Positions 13,638 through 27,575 of a DNA stretch of 64,000 bases are shown here, one piece after another (the first letter of the stretch is position 1; every line of letters starts with the position of its first letter). Source of the stretch: Octopus bimaculoides (taxonomy: Eukaryota); the NCBI RefSeq assembly GCF_001194135.2, contig NC_068981.1, positions 96,431,160 through 96,495,159 on the forward strand. The letters are read 5' to 3'. The notes under the pieces are model-generated. The model had not been told where the DNA came from, ran no database searches, and was given only the letters and a program-made list of their open reading frames with translations. The position numbers and the translations under genes were made by a program.

Positions 13638-13733
13638 GAACTAGCTGAATTGAAATCTACAAACCACAAAACATATTGTGACATCATTGTTGATACTAAT
13701 AATATACTTATTTGGAACTGCCTATTAATGCCT
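13638..13733 (+). CDS. UBE2L3: UBE2L3 coding exon 2 (96 nt, phase 0-0)
   Basis: tttttctag|GAACTAGCT...ATGCCT|gtaagt; 32 codons aligning without gaps to human ELEEIRKC...WQGLIVP; not in the ORF track. Confidence 0.88.
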
Positions 13734-13771
13734 GTAAGTTGTTTTTCATTCATTTCCTAACCTCTCTTTTC

Positions 13772-13802
<31 letters not shown>

Positions 13803-16800
13803 NNNNNNNNNNNNNNNNNNNNNNNNNNNNNNNNNNNNNNNNNNNNNNNNNNNNNNNNNNNNNNNNNNNNNNNNNNNNNNNNNNNNNNNNNNNNNNNNNN
13901 NNNNNNNNNNNNNNNNNNNNNCCCTCCCTCCCTCTCTGGGCATAATTAGCTATGGGGCTGTAATTTTATTTTGTACCCTGGTTGAACTTTTGGGTAATGT
14001 CTAATTGGTAATTCAAACCTAACACATTGGCCTTTTTCTGAATCTGATCAAGACAGTTTGGGAAATCCTAAAGATAGTGTTTCTTACAATGTGAAAATAT
14101 CAGAATAGGCCATCTTGCTCTGAAAGTGGAATGTTGCTGGCCAAATGTAAATCAGATTTATTATAAAATTTCCTTTGGCTGGGGCCCTAAGTTTTACTGT
14201 CAGGCAAAGCTTAGTCCAAATTGTGTGATGGATCTCCATCATTCAGCAATGAGGATTCAGTAGTTTCATCAACTGGATTACCTGCTCCTAAATTAACATG
14301 TAATTGGCTGAGCAGACATATATTCCCATAACATAATTCTCAGGTAGAATCAATGCAACACATTGTGTGATAAGGTTGTACCTTTTTGAATTACAAGTAC
14401 AATCCACATATCTGACTATAGAAAACAAATTTACTCAAGACACCATGCAGTAGGATCCAATCTGACACTACATTTTCTAAAATATCTTTTCTTAATTTAA
14501 GACGGTTGTGATATTAGGGAAATTTGGTTGCAGTGTCTTGCTGCATTTGGCTCAATGTAAACTTCGTTCTGTAGTTTCAGATCATCCATTAAAAGACTGT
14601 GATGAAAGATGTTTGTGACAATTTCATTTGCATATCAGGAACTATATCATTCAATATAGCCTACTGAGTGGTTTATGAAAGTTTTGGCTGCTATTGTTAG
14701 CAAGTCATGCAACAACTGAATTATTTTGTGTTTTCTAAACCTAATGTGCCTAATGGTAAAAGTGTTTGGTGTTTAATGTTTGTAATAATAATGTCTATTA
14801 TTTTGTGTAAATACATTAATTTCAAATTTAAAACCTGTAAAATTGTTTAAAAACACAACTTTTAATTACTTTTGAATTTGGAATGAGTTTTATTTTTTAT
14901 CCTTTATTTAACCAATATTTTCATTTTGACAGTGAATATATATTACTACAAATTGTTATTTGCATATAGTCAAAATACTTCAGTTGAGTGTTAGAAGTGA
15001 TCTAAAGGTTCCTGGATTCTCGAAATTTCTTTTGTTTGACCTATTTAGAGAGGGTAATATAAAAGGAGTTACATACATAGATACATAATAATCATAATAA
15101 TGAGAATATTAGTCTTGAATAAAGCAGGGTGAAGAAGAATTTGATATTGGGCTTTGATTGGCAATGTGTATTACATTTTTCTCCCTTCTATGTCATTTCT
15201 GACAACTTATTTCTCACTTTTCTTGAAAACGTTTCTAAATTCATCACTGATTGCACAGAAGGCTGCTTACAGCCAGTGAAACATAGCATTTTGCAATAAA
15301 ATAAACATTACTAAATCATAATCCAATAGATACTTTTATGAGTTTGTTACTTTTCGAAAATAACCAACTTTGATTTTTCTTTTATTCAGTTTCTACTTCA
15401 CTAAATATCATACTATTTTTGCATGTTCTTTCCTTCACATCTTTTACTTGTTCAAAAATCTTAATCAAATTCTAATGTATCTAAATTTCTTTGTTACAGT
15501 TGATTTTGAAAGAAAGAAGTTTTATTTTACTGGCTTGTTTTTTATGGATTGCTGTTGTGCTTGGTTAATATTTTATCTGGTATAATTGAATAGTGACTTA
15601 CATCTTTATGTAAAAAGATACACAGAGATCAGTCTAAATGAGATTAATTTTTTTTAATCCCATTGCCAATTTATCAACTGTCATACAATATGGTGAGCTT
15701 CTGCAGTTTCCATCTGTAGTAGGCACATGGCCAAGGTGCTATCCCTGTGGTTACAAAGCAAACTTTTTAACCAACAGCTATATCAGTACCTATATTAGTC
15801 ACTGAAATTATAGTTTTGTTCCCCTCAATTGGTTAAACAATTTCTGTTTTCTGTTGTCTTATTAGTAAATATAATCTTTCAGTTTTCCCTATCTATTAGT
15901 GTCTGTATCATTGCTCCAGAACTTCAAGAGTTTTTAAGAGCTGGCATCTTTGAGAAGGACCGAGCAAGCAATGCTGAGAGAAATGTGTGGGGTAAAGCTG
16001 TTTGATAAGAGGAGGACTGGGGACTTGCTGGGGTTGGAGGAATCAGTGAAACGGCTGGCCAGGGCAAATGGAGTGCAGCGGTATGAGCATGGGATGAGGA
16101 GCATGTTCTGTGGAGGGTGCTTGCGTTTGAGGTAAATGAACCACGAAAGCGAGGTAGACCGAGGAAAAAGTGGAAGGGGATAGGTGGAGGAAGAGATTGG
16201 GAGGGTTGGCTTGAGAACAGAGGATGCCCAAAACCGGGCGGGATGGTGTGAGGGCGGTTGCTATGGCATTGAGGTAGATCCGGCCACCCCCGTTAATGGG
16301 GACAAAACCCGGATTCAAAATACTGGATGATGATGTTTATGGAAACTCCTGTAACAAGACGGGACATTACTGCCATCTAAGAAGTAGCTACACTTGATAT
16401 ATAGAAAAGGTGTTGGTAGGAAATGCATATGGTATACCCAATGTAAACTGGGTACTCGAAAAGTGTAATGGGATTATAAGGTAGGCTGGCAGAGAAGGAA
16501 GATTTCATGTGATGAGCGGCAGAGCTTTGGAGTTGGAACTCAGCAAAATGTATGAACTCATGCTAAATATAAATCATGATATAATTTATTAATTATCAAT
16601 TTCACAAACATTAATGTGGCCTGTTTACAACATTGAAAACGGCGAAATTTGATTTAAGGCCTTCTGTGAAGGATCTGATTGAATTAATTCCGTTTTTTAA
16701 AATGTTAGTCAATTGAGAATTTGTATTTTTGGTTTAATTCTTACTCTATAGATACAAGGTTTCTTCAGTAAATTTTGCAAAGATAATCTTTCATGTTGTT

Positions 16801-19800
16801 GCATTCACCTAAAATTTACATTCAAAATGTTTTAATCTTGAAAAGAAGGATCATGTGTCAAATTAGATTTTTTATTTTTAAAATAGTCATTTGTTAATCA
16901 CTGTAGGTGTTCTGTCTTTTAGTTTTAACTTATTCACTAGTTTGAAAGTCTAAATACAAGTGTTGCAGAGTTTTCTCCTGTGGTTTCTATTATAGCTTTT
17001 GCTAAAACAGCCTCTTTTAATTTGTAAGTTTTCAGACACTTGTTTGTGACTTTAATGTTGGAGTAGGAAAATTGAGTTTATTTTTCCCTAGTACTTGACT
17101 GGTACTTTCTTGATACTGAGAGGATGAAAGGCAAAGTTGAAGCAAATACTGCAAGGCATTCTGTCTAACACTTTGACTATGCCCACTCAGGGCCTTTGTA
17201 ACTTCTTTAATAATATTCAAAATATATAAAAAAAACAATAACAGGGATATAGCCTTTAAACCCAAACTTTAGTGTGTTATTAATTATAAATAGCCTCTTG
17301 ATTAACATTGTGCATATATGTTCTGTGTTTTGAATCAATATGAGAAATATACAATTAGTGTAATTACAAATAAATGAGTAGGATTTAACATAAATTAAGG
17401 AACATTCCGTGTACCTACTCCACAGCCCTGCTTATCAGAATATCAATGAAATATTCTGAAAACTCCATAAAGGTTGATAGCTTTTATTACTAAGAATATG
17501 GTGGAAAAAGTTTTAGAGAGCTATTTCCTCTTCTGATAACAAAGAGATTCTCAGATCAACTAGAGAACTTCTACATTAAGTGCGACCGACCTTTTTCAAG
17601 AAGCAGGCTGCATGAGACATGGCTCATCATCAGGCGGGGTGCACAACTAAAAATATTATTGAAGGTAATTTTTCATTGGGCATACCATTCAGAATGTCCT
17701 GTGGACCACAGGATGCCTATGACTGCTCCACATGGTCACTTAGCCTGTTAAAAATAGCGACCAAATCTCCCTCAGTAAAACTCACATTAGATAATGTTAG
17801 TAAAACATATCTAATGTTTTAGTAAAACTCACATTAGATAATGTTAGTGAAACATATCTGATGTTTTAGTAAAACTCACATTAGATAATGTTGTAAAACT
17901 TAGTAAAACTCACATTAGATAATGTTATCCTGAATTGTCTGGTCGCACCAATATTCTCTCTCTAGGTGAAGGGCACATTTTATGATGGTGTATAAAATGC
18001 AATGTTACCTGTTAACAAGGATATTGGAGGGGAAGGTTGTGTGAAAGTTGGAAAGAAATGAGGTGGCCTGCTCCGTTGGCAGTATAGGACATGAATGAGG
18101 AAGCATAAATAAGTTGAAAGAAAACCTAGCAAAAGAGGAAGACTATTGGTATGGATATGTGAACTGGAGGTTAACAGGTAAAGAAGTACCCAGCAATCTA
18201 AGTGGAATAATCATGCAGAAGAGGAAAATATGGGAAGAAGTGGTAAAAGGTGATCTTGTGAGGCTGAAGATGACAAAAGGATCACAGCAAATGGCATAAA
18301 GCTGTACTGGAGAAGTGTCATCCTGGAAATGTGTTGTCATGGAGCAGAAATGGACCACATCAATTAACAAATGCAGGTCTCATTTTGCTGAAGTGAACAT
18401 ACATTTCTCCCAATGTAATGGTCTGGTTAGATTCTAGAAAGTTGTAATGGACAACACAAATAGCAGACCACCAAACAGTCACTGTAATGTTCTACTGATG
18501 CAACTTTACTTTTGGAAAATGTTTGAGTGCTTCATCATGATCAAGCCATTGACCTAATCGCTTACGATTGTTTTAAGGATCCACTTTTCATCACGAGTCG
18601 CTATTCAATCAATAAATGGATCATTAGTTTTGCAGAGAGAACATTGAACATACTTCAAAACGCCAAAGTCTTTGATTTGCATTGAGGTCATGCAGGACCC
18701 ATTTCTTGAGTTTTTTCACGTGGCTAATTTTCTTCAGGTGATCTGATACTGTTGAAACATTGACACCAAGCATAGACATTTCTCTGACACTTTGTCATAG
18801 GTTTTCTACAACTATTGTTTTCAAATGCTGATCATCAAAGGTGGATGGACTTCCTCAACCTCCTTGATCTTCAAGGCTTTCATCCCCACTATGGAATCTT
18901 TCAAATTATTGTCGTACCGTCCAATCACTAGTGGACCCTTCACCCCATGCTCTGCTGATAGTGGTGGCTGTTTGAGAAGCATTATGTCCAAGCTTAAATT
19001 CATGCAAAGAAAGTAAATGCATTTCTTCATTTTTCATGTTTGAAATTAAGGATTTCTATGCTTCAAAATTATTTTCTGAAAGAAATCAAATGAAAATTTA
19101 TTAAAGAGTATACATCAATTATTAAGCATGTAAAATTTCATCCAAAACACTACAAAAATAACATCTTACATCAAATTTGAAAAAATGTTTTCATAAAATT
19201 ATATACACATCAATATTAATATAGAAGGTTGTAAAGCTTCCCATTCTAAATGATGCTGTCTTGTAGAATGCATATTTGTAAGTTGTTGCAGTTGACCATC
19301 CACTTTCTCTCTGGTGGTAAGCATTGTTTCTTTCCCAAAAGCTCATTTTTGCATTATGAAATCTCAAAATTGGAGGTGTTCACATTGCTTTTGTTTCTCT
19401 CATGGTTTCTTTTATAGGGTTTCAAATTTTGGCTCAGTGCCAGCAGTTTTTGAGAGGATGGGGAAGTTGATAACATCACCCCACTACTTAATGATGAAAG
19501 ATAGAGTTGACCTCAATTGAATATGATCAAAATGTTTAGTGGCATTTTATCCGTCTTTACATTCTGAATCAGTGTGCTATTGATTCTATCAGCTCACCAA
19601 TTGTAATAGCTTATTTGATTGATTCAATCCATGTGATTCATGTACAGGGTGCAAACAATTTTTGTTTACATGAAGACTGTCTCAGGCAAAAAAATAAGTG
19701 TTTTTATTTTTTTGAGATATATTCATCAAATTTGAGTCAGTTTGTCTTCATGACGTGTTCTATCAGTCTCACACAGTGAGCCCTGCCTTTGACCTCAGTG

Positions 19801-22413
19801 ACAGCCTCTAGGCAACCCTGGAATTGGCAACAGGTTTCCATAACTATCTCCCATTTTAGGTCCTGGTAATCCTGGCCCTCAGCTTGTCCTTCATGTTGCA
19901 GCTAGATTTGTTGATCTCTCATTCCACCTTGCCCCACACCAAGAATTCGAGGGGGTTACAGGCAGGTGAATTGAGAAGCTAAATGGCAGGAGCTGTGTGA
20001 TCAAAAAAATTCTCCAACAGCCATGCCTGAATCTTCCAGCTGGTGTGGCAGGGTGTAGTCTTGCTGCTTCACATACAGCTGTCCAGTCAATCCAGGGCTT
20101 CACTGCCTTGCTCAAAACACATGTAGCCATTGGAAGTGGAGTGGCATGATGACACCAAAGACCATGATTATCACTAGAAATTTTATCTGTATGACTCAGG
20201 CGACATCCTTGGGTGAGACATCAAACTGCCTGTTCTGAGAGTTGATTTCTGATCTTGGCAGAAATTCTTGTTGGAGAAGACCAATTGCATATCTGGCTCC
20301 AGCAGATGTTTTAACCTGTTGATCAGCTTCTTGGTGTGTTTAAGTTGTCAGAAATTGTCCCTTCCTCATCTTGTATGTAAAGTAACAAATGTTCCCATGC
20401 ACCACCAGCCTGATGAGCTTTTCATCCCCATCTTTCTCCTTTACAATGGTACTCATCAACTTGCTGGGATCATTGTTGATTATCTAAATTTCATCAAATT
20501 CTGGCATTCTGATGGCATCAGGTTGTTAATCATGGGTTTTTGTCTCCTAGTTGAATCCTGAATCTTGTAGCTTCCTTCTGACCTTTTCCACCATCCTTCT
20601 GCTGACATGGAGGAAATATGAGATCTTGTTTGTCCTTTCAGTTCGGATTCTGAAGACTTCATGCCTCTTCCACAAATCGTTAGGGTTCAAAATTTTTGAT
20701 AGTCAATTATTCTGCAGAAAAATAAGCAAAAAAGACCGACAGCAAAAGTAAAAAAAAATGCATAAAATTAGCAGTTGAAATTTACAAACAAATATCATCC
20801 ACGCCTTATAATTAAGGTTTACAAACTCTTTGCAATTTTCATCCAAATGTAATCTCATGGGAGTCTTTATTTGCTATCATTACATATGTTGCAAGTTTGA
20901 CCTAACTGAAATATTGATCAAAAAGAAAAGTACAGCAAGGGTCCCAACGTTGACATCATCATTTTAATGTCCACTTTTCCGTACTTGCATGAGTTAAACA
21001 GAATTCATTGCAGATTTTCTGCTGCCAGGTGCCCAACCCTTCAAATTTGGAGTTGCTACAACTAATTGTTTCAAGTACAAAAAAAAGTTATAGAAAAAAA
21101 ATACATTGTAGAAAAAATTTTTTTTAGAAAATTGAGAATTAGTTTCATCTCATATCATATATGGTACATCATGTTTAATCTGCACTTTTTAAAGTACTAA
21201 CTAAAATAATCTCGGGGCAAATAAAATTTTTCTAATTAAATAAATACCACCAAACCCTATTTTTGATACCTTGAGATTTACCATTCCAAAAAAGAATTAT
21301 GTACATTTGGATCTTTTGGAAGAAGGCACTTTCTTTCTGCAAGGGAAAGTTTGACATTTGTTTCATCAATATATATAACTTTGTCTTCATCAGAAAATTT
21401 CATCACAAACTCGGCATAATCTTTCTTCAAAAGTTTTCCTAGGTTGTTGGCAGTCTCTGGCTGTAGATGAACTTTTCCAGTGAAATCATCCTTCTATTAT
21501 ATTTTGAATGTAAGCATTTGCAAAGATATTTCTAGTGATAATTGTGGGCATTCATTTAACCACTGAAATGACTCAATATGTTCATTTCTTTTTGTCAGTG
21601 TTACTGACACCTACCTTCACAGTGCAATGTGATGCACACTACCTAATTATATGCTATATTCTTAACATTATGTATTGTAATATTGGATTCCTTAACAGCG
21701 CATACAGTGAGGAAAGCAGGCTTCTTACCCACCAGCATTCTCTTAATACATTGTGAAATACTAGTACTTGTAGCTTAAAACAAGTTGTCATTGCTTTGGG
21801 ACTTTCATTATCCATTAGTAAATGCTGCATTGTAGGTCAAATGATGAAATTAATATGAATTTTAAAAGAATCAGCAGGAGTTCAAACAATTCAGAACATT
21901 AGACATGTACTTTGTTTTATCTAAATATCTAAGTTGCTTCAAAATTATCTTAGTTTGTATTTGAAGATATGTATACACATTATTACACTGACAAATTTTT
22001 GTCAATATTCTCACTCAAGTATGAATTAATAATTACAGGTGCAAGCAAGTAGACTGAAAAGTTTCAGGTGTGATTATGAAAGGGTTAAATAAAAATGAGA
22101 AATACAAAAGGATATTATAGGATTATGCCCCAGGAACCAAATTCAGTGTAACAAAAGAGACACTTGAGCCTGGAATAGTTATTTACTTGATATAAAATAC
22201 AAATACTTTTAAAAATATTGCTTTTGTCTGTTGCAATCTAGCTATTGACTCCTCTCGCAGTTTTTGTCAAACTGTGTGCCTTAGCTCTACACCAAACTGT
22301 TACCCCCCAACCATACTACCTGCCTGAGACGACTTTTATTTCAATGATACAAATATCCAGTTTTAAAGTGATTTAAATTACAACTTTACATAGAAATCTG
22401 TTAATTTCTGTTC

Positions 22414-22454
<41 letters not shown>

Positions 22455-24726
22455 CTTTTACTAATTTATTTTTGTTATTTTCAAAATTACGTAATCAAAC
22501 GCAGTGTGTTTCAACAGAACAAGGGTAAAAAAAGGGTTAATGAGTATGATCTTTCCTTTTATATTTGAAACCTTTAGTCCTGATGTAACTTATATAAATT
22601 TCTAAAGTGTTAGATCAAAATGCATGATAATCAGTGAATTTCAATTTCAGCTTGACTCAGAAAGATATAGCCATGATGATGTTTCACAAGTTAAGTTGTG
22701 AAACATCTTCATGGCTACAAGTATATTAGAGGAATGGGTCTTTGCCTAATCCTTTCACTTGTAAAAATGTGGTTTTGTGTTAATGTAGGAAACTATGGTT
22801 GTTACAGTTGAAATATTCTTTTGCCTTTTAAGCTTTCAGGATTTATGCACCACTTGTTTTGTGAAACCTATTCCCATTTAAAAGATTGATTGACCTTGAT
22901 GCTTTTATATTACAGGACAATCCTCCCTATAATAAAGGAGCATTTAAAATACTGATAGAGTTCCCAGCTGAATATCCTTTCAAGCCACCACGAATTACGT
23001 TCAAAACCAAGATTTATCATCCCAATGTTGATGAGAAAGGACAGGTATGCCTGCCAATTATCAGTGCAGAGAATTGGAAACCAGCTTCAAAAATGGACCA
23101 AGGTAACCTTTTAACAAATTCTAAGCTTTATTGGGAACTGTAGTGTAGTCATTTGACAGTTTATATATTTTATACATATAAATTCTCTAATAAAGATTTA
23201 ATGGGTGACCACAACAGAAATCAGTCTTCCATAGTATTAGTTGTAAAATCCTTTATTACAAGATACAAATAAACTTTCACTTAATCTGTGCCAAAGAGAC
23301 ATTGTTGTGCTTTGATGGTTGAATGAGTTAAAATAATGTGGATTTAACTTTATGCTGGCATTAAAAAACTAAATAAAATCTGGGGAAATTTACCCTGAAG
23401 GTAGATTTATCTACTATAATAATAATACTCGTGTTTTTCTCCATCACAGCATATGAATAAGGAAGGAAGGGGTGATGGCGAACCGGTAGTGGGAGCATTT
23501 CAACTCTGTGTCTGTGTGTAAGTAATGGAAGTGGGATGGTGAACATTCAACACTGAAAAGAGTATATGTGTGTGCGTGTACAAGTATGTGAATGTATGTG
23601 TGAACCAACATTCTTTCAGTAACAAATGGTGATCAATGTCACATATCAAAAGACAACTAGATAACATTGAGAAGTGTCTTAATTTGATTTACCATCCATA
23701 TTTATAGATAAAATGCTACAATTAGCTGTCATGTTTGAAGGCATGGGGCCTGCTAGTTAGTTAATGCTGAGCTCATACACAGAATGTGCTTTTGCTTCCA
23801 GGGTTTTGTTTTTTTTAATCCTATCAACTCTGTGCATTGCCTTCTTGGGGACATAGACTACTGGTCTGAGGATGCTCAATGACATAAATGTTAAGCCTTG
23901 TACGTGGTAGGCCTTTTCTGCAAAATAATTTTATAAAAGTATTGAATGTATTTCAATTCAGTTATCATATAAATATAATTGAGATACTTTTGTGTGAATG
24001 GAAATATATTTACTGATGGTTTTCTTTTATTGATTTTAATGTTTATTAGCCTTTTAAATCTTTTCATGCTGAAATTAATCAAACTTCATAATGGGCTGCT
24101 GGACCTTATTTTGCATAATTATTGAATTATTTTCCCCAAAATTCTCATTCTGTAGATAATATTGACTTTTAGATTTAGCATGTCTCTGCTCCCCAAATAA
24201 GCCACTAAAAGATTTAGCTGTAATAGTGTTACGCACTTCAGTTATTTGGTTCAAAGGTAGCCCCTTGATCAGATGTTCCACACCATCTTTCTTTATATAG
24301 TGTGTCTGGGGGTATTTTATTCAATGTATCTTTCCGTTTTTTTTTTTTAAACTAGTGTTGTTTTGGTTGCTGCTTTATTGGATCAGCAGCTGTAGGATCC
24401 CTTGTTGATTTATGTTCCCCCAATACTATTGGACTGATGAATACCAGTTTGAGTATTCCTTTCACTTAATATTGATTAGTTAACTGAAATAAATGGACAC
24501 CAACATGGCAATGACAAGTTGGAGTCTGGATTTAGATATATAATCTTATGCTTTCTTTTTTTCTCTTGTAGTTATAGACGCATTGTTGGCATTGGTTAAT
24601 GATCCAGAGCCAGAGCACCCTCTAAGAGCTGATTTAGCAGAAGAATTTACTAAAGATAAGAAAAAGTTCTTGAAGAATGCTGAAGAACATACTAAGAAAT
24701 ATGGAGAAAAGAGACCAAGTGACTAA
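13638..24726 (+). CDS. UBE2L3: Ubiquitin-conjugating enzyme E2 L3 (UbcH7-type), spliced gene; coding exons 2-4 in window, exon 1 absent
   Basis: Joining 13638-13733, 22916-23102 and 24572-24726 over GT-AG introns gives [148 protein letters not shown] motif, catalytic Cys and the UBE2L3 C-terminus are present; exon sizes 96 and 187 nt match human UBE2L3 as I recall it. Confidence 0.95.
13803..13921. other. Assembly gap (N run) next to a (CA)n microsatellite
   Basis: N bases. Confidence 1.
15930..16570 (+). mobile_element. RTE-like LINE fragments (3' end with GATGATG tail, plus adjacent RT piece)
   Basis: [15 protein letters not shown]...LARANGV; ends AAATACTGGATGATGATG. Confidence 0.7.
17774..17926. 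repeat. Minisatellite of 47-bp hairpin-forming units (2 full + 2 partial)
   Basis: Unit AGTAAAACTCACATTAGATAATGTTAGTAAAACATATCTAATGTTTT starting at 17774, 17821, 17868 (partial) and 17902 (partial). Confidence 0.9.
17990..18365 (+). mobile_element. Decayed RTE-like LINE 3' end
   Basis: WYGYV...[16 protein letters not shown], matching the RTE C-terminus seen elsewhere in the window. Confidence 0.55.
18520..19050 (-). mobile_element. mariner (DD34D-type) transposase N-terminal remnant
   Basis: [26 protein letters not shown] (WVPHEL motif) and TRDEKWI. Confidence 0.75.
19643..20810 (-). mobile_element. Tc1/mariner maT-like (DD37D) transposase remnant
   Basis: [46 protein letters not shown] and [14 protein letters not shown]; terminus TACAGGGTGC at 19643. 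Confidence 0.75.
21250..21600 (-). mobile_element. Tc1/IS630-like transposase fragment
   Basis: [11 protein letters not shown]...[10 protein letters not shown] (first catalytic Asp motif). Confidence 0.55.
22916..23102 (+). CDS. UBE2L3: UBE2L3 coding exon 3 (187 nt; catalytic core)
   Basis: ttacag|GACAATCC...GACCAAG|gtaacc; encodes YPFKPP, YHPNVD and QVCLP. Confidence 0.97.
24572..24726 (+). CDS. UBE2L3: UBE2L3 terminal coding exon
   Basis: ttctcttgtag|TTATAGAC...GACTAA; completes V codon split from exon 3; [12 protein letters not shown]...KYGEKRPSD*. Confidence 0.96.
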
Positions 24727-24946
24727 CAAGCACTTTCTATTGTATGTGTATCTTTTTCAGACACTAATTACAACGCCATCTTGGATGTCTCCATGAGCGT
24801 GACTTTCTTCTTTGCTTTCAGTGGACTATGTTCACAGGAGCATTGTTTACAAATACACACGCATGCACACACTTACATAAACATGCTTACATTCAAAAAT
24901 ATAGACATGTTTACCTCTTTTGACTGTTATAGTGATAATCAATTTT

Positions 24947-24964
24947 AATAAAACTTAAAATAAA
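24947..24964 (+). terminator. Candidate UBE2L3 polyadenylation signals (AATAAA x2)
   Basis: AATAAA at 24947 and 24959, about 220 nt after the stop; further AATAAA at 25142, 25641, 25649 and 25748, so the used site is undetermined. Confidence 0.4.
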
Positions 24965-27575
24965 ATCATAAACTAGTCTTGCAAATAGAACATTCATGCT
25001 TTTTCCAAATTCTGTCTTTAGAAGCTTTTATTCTGTCTGAGGTTGTGAGGCAGCCCTTCTGTAAATGTGAAATATTCCACAGCTATATTTGCAATAGCTT
25101 GATTCTTTTATCTAACTTTGGAAAACTCATGAAACTAATGAAATAAATGCCAGATTCAGATTAATTCAAGAATTTCCTCTAATTAATTTTTATTCCTTAA
25201 TTTTCCTTAGAGATGTTTATAATTTATTCTCTTCTCAGAAAGGACTGTTCTTACAATTAATAACCTACATTTACAGACTAAATATTCAGTTTTTAATCAG
25301 AAGTCAGTGGCTCACTTCCCTATGAATCTTTACAACCTATTTACATTCAGGTGGAAAACTTTCATGTGTTCAGCTTTTTATTTTAACATCTACATTAACA
25401 TTGTATTGTTAATTTGTTGATACTGTTTGTCTTTTTTCCAGAATCTGTCTGGTTTTTAGGAAATACTTTTTGAAAGGCAATTTCATTCCTGATGTTGTTC
25501 AAGTCGTGTTATATATATATACATATATATCTCCTTACTCTTTGGTGGGGAAAATATATTCTTAATTTCTATCATGTGATAACCTTCACGTTTGCATCCT
25601 CCATAACTCTTCTAGTGTATTAAAAATCTACATCATTCAGAATAAAGAAATAAAAACAATTAGTTGAATTAGACTTTCTATTGGTGTTACACAAATGACT
25701 GCTCTCTTGAATGCTTATTATATCATAGTTTCAAATGTCACATATTCAATAAAATGTTGACAATCTTGCTGTGACTGCAATAAACATGTGCTTGAACTGT
25801 TTCATTAACAAGTTATAAACATGAATGGTTTCTTCTGTACCTAAGTCCATACAATTCACATCTTCAGTGATTTGTAACCAATTTAGTTTTAAATGATTGT
25901 TATAGTGATTTACAGTATATCGGTACTTTGGTTGTTCAGCACTGAAAAGCAGGCAGTTCTCTTGCAATGAAACCTATTTTGTTTCACTGCTACCGATTTG
26001 GTTCTTGAACTGGAAAATTTGTCTCAATCTACATGACTGATTCTATGTACCCTTTATAGAAACTTTAGCAGTAAATAATCTTGAGTTGTAATCTCTATAT
26101 ACAGACATTAAGTGATTTGGAATATTTATAAGCCATAAGGCCTGATGCATCAGTATTCAACTTATGGCACTTCCAGTGTTAAATGAACACTGAAAACTAG
26201 ATTATGATTTCAACCATAATTCATGAAGCTTCATCCAAACATTTTTCATTTTAATATATTTAAAAAAATAAAAAAATCATGTAACAAAACAGATTTTGGG
26301 TGGCACAAAAATTCTGTTCAATTAGTGATGCAAATATTTAAGACATTTCGATGGAACCCCAAAATAGATACTATCATCTGCTGAACCAGTTGTCATAAAA
26401 CTTTTCTCATTAAGAATTTCCTAACGTCTCTACAAAACTGTGACTGGTCAGTTATCCCATTACACCTTGTAATATAAATCCTTTCAACCATGCTACCTAG
26501 AAGTATGGTCAATTTCAAGAAATTCTTCAAGTATGTCCTTTCGATAACTCCATCCCTAAATACAATTGAATCATTGCTCCACTGATTGCTTGAATGATAC
26601 ATTTAATGTTACTATCATACATACAAGATAAAAATTCTTGATATCAATGTTTTATGTTATTAGTACCACTAAATGCAAGTTTTCTGAAAATAAAAAATGG
26701 TGCAGTTATCAGGCTTGTCCAGGTTTTCTACCACAATATATACTCTCCATCCAAATAGGTCATAACTTTGTGGGACCTCACTTAGTTATTGATAAACACT
26801 TTTTAAAAAGCTAATCATACAATTAAAATCATTAAGTGATCAAATAAATTGACATCTAGATGAGAACTGGTACTAGCAATTCTGTCCACAAGAAGTTGAA
26901 TTACAAACTGACAGTAGTTGCCAACTTTAGTGCTGTACTCAAATCCTTTTTATTCCTAGAGTACTCATTACATACATCAATCACTACACAAAATATTGAC
27001 CTACTTCAGGGATGTGCTGCCTAGGTAGGCAATGCCTAACTTGAATAAAATACAATGATTAGCAACATTTTCCTTTTATGGTAAGATATGCACCTAATTC
27101 AATAAAATTATGAAGGTTACTCTGATTACTATGCATAAAATGCAAAATATTTTATTTTGTAGATTAGGTAGGCATAATTCACCCCTGCCTTTCAATCACA
27201 GTATTTAAGCTACACATAGTAATGCTGTAGTACATGTGCTACATACATTCCTACAGTGTCATTTTCTTTACGTGCTATAAAGGCAGAAGTAAATCTGCCT
27301 TTAGCTCAGTCGCGCGCCTGTTTCATTTATTTTTTGTGTGCATTACTACATAAAGGTCACCAACTGCCTGCTCTGAGTAATTACTGACAGCACATGCTTG
27401 ACCTATTTGCTTCATTTATTGACTAAACCACCATTTCTTACCAGGGCCCCAACTCACTAACAAATTGATCTGCTAGTAAGTCATGAATTGTAAACTTCCA
27501 TGGACTCATTTCACTTTTCTAGCCTCCGCTGAAATTATCACTTAAAAACATTGGACAGCAAATCAGGTGGAATAG

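Noticed and set aside
13950-14700. Possible Penelope-type RT (RYVD-like)
   Set aside because: A single degenerate motif only.
17774-17926. CRISPR-like array
   Set aside because: Units are contiguous with no unique spacers, no cas genes, and the context is eukaryotic.
22886-23143. ORF-track start [10 protein letters not shown] and tail GNLLTN...
   Set aside because: Intronic read-through around exon 3; splice sites define 22916-23102.
26393-26602. 69-aa minus-strand ORF between the genes; nearby FYDNWF resembles a piggyBac motif
   Set aside because: One short motif in another frame, no other support.
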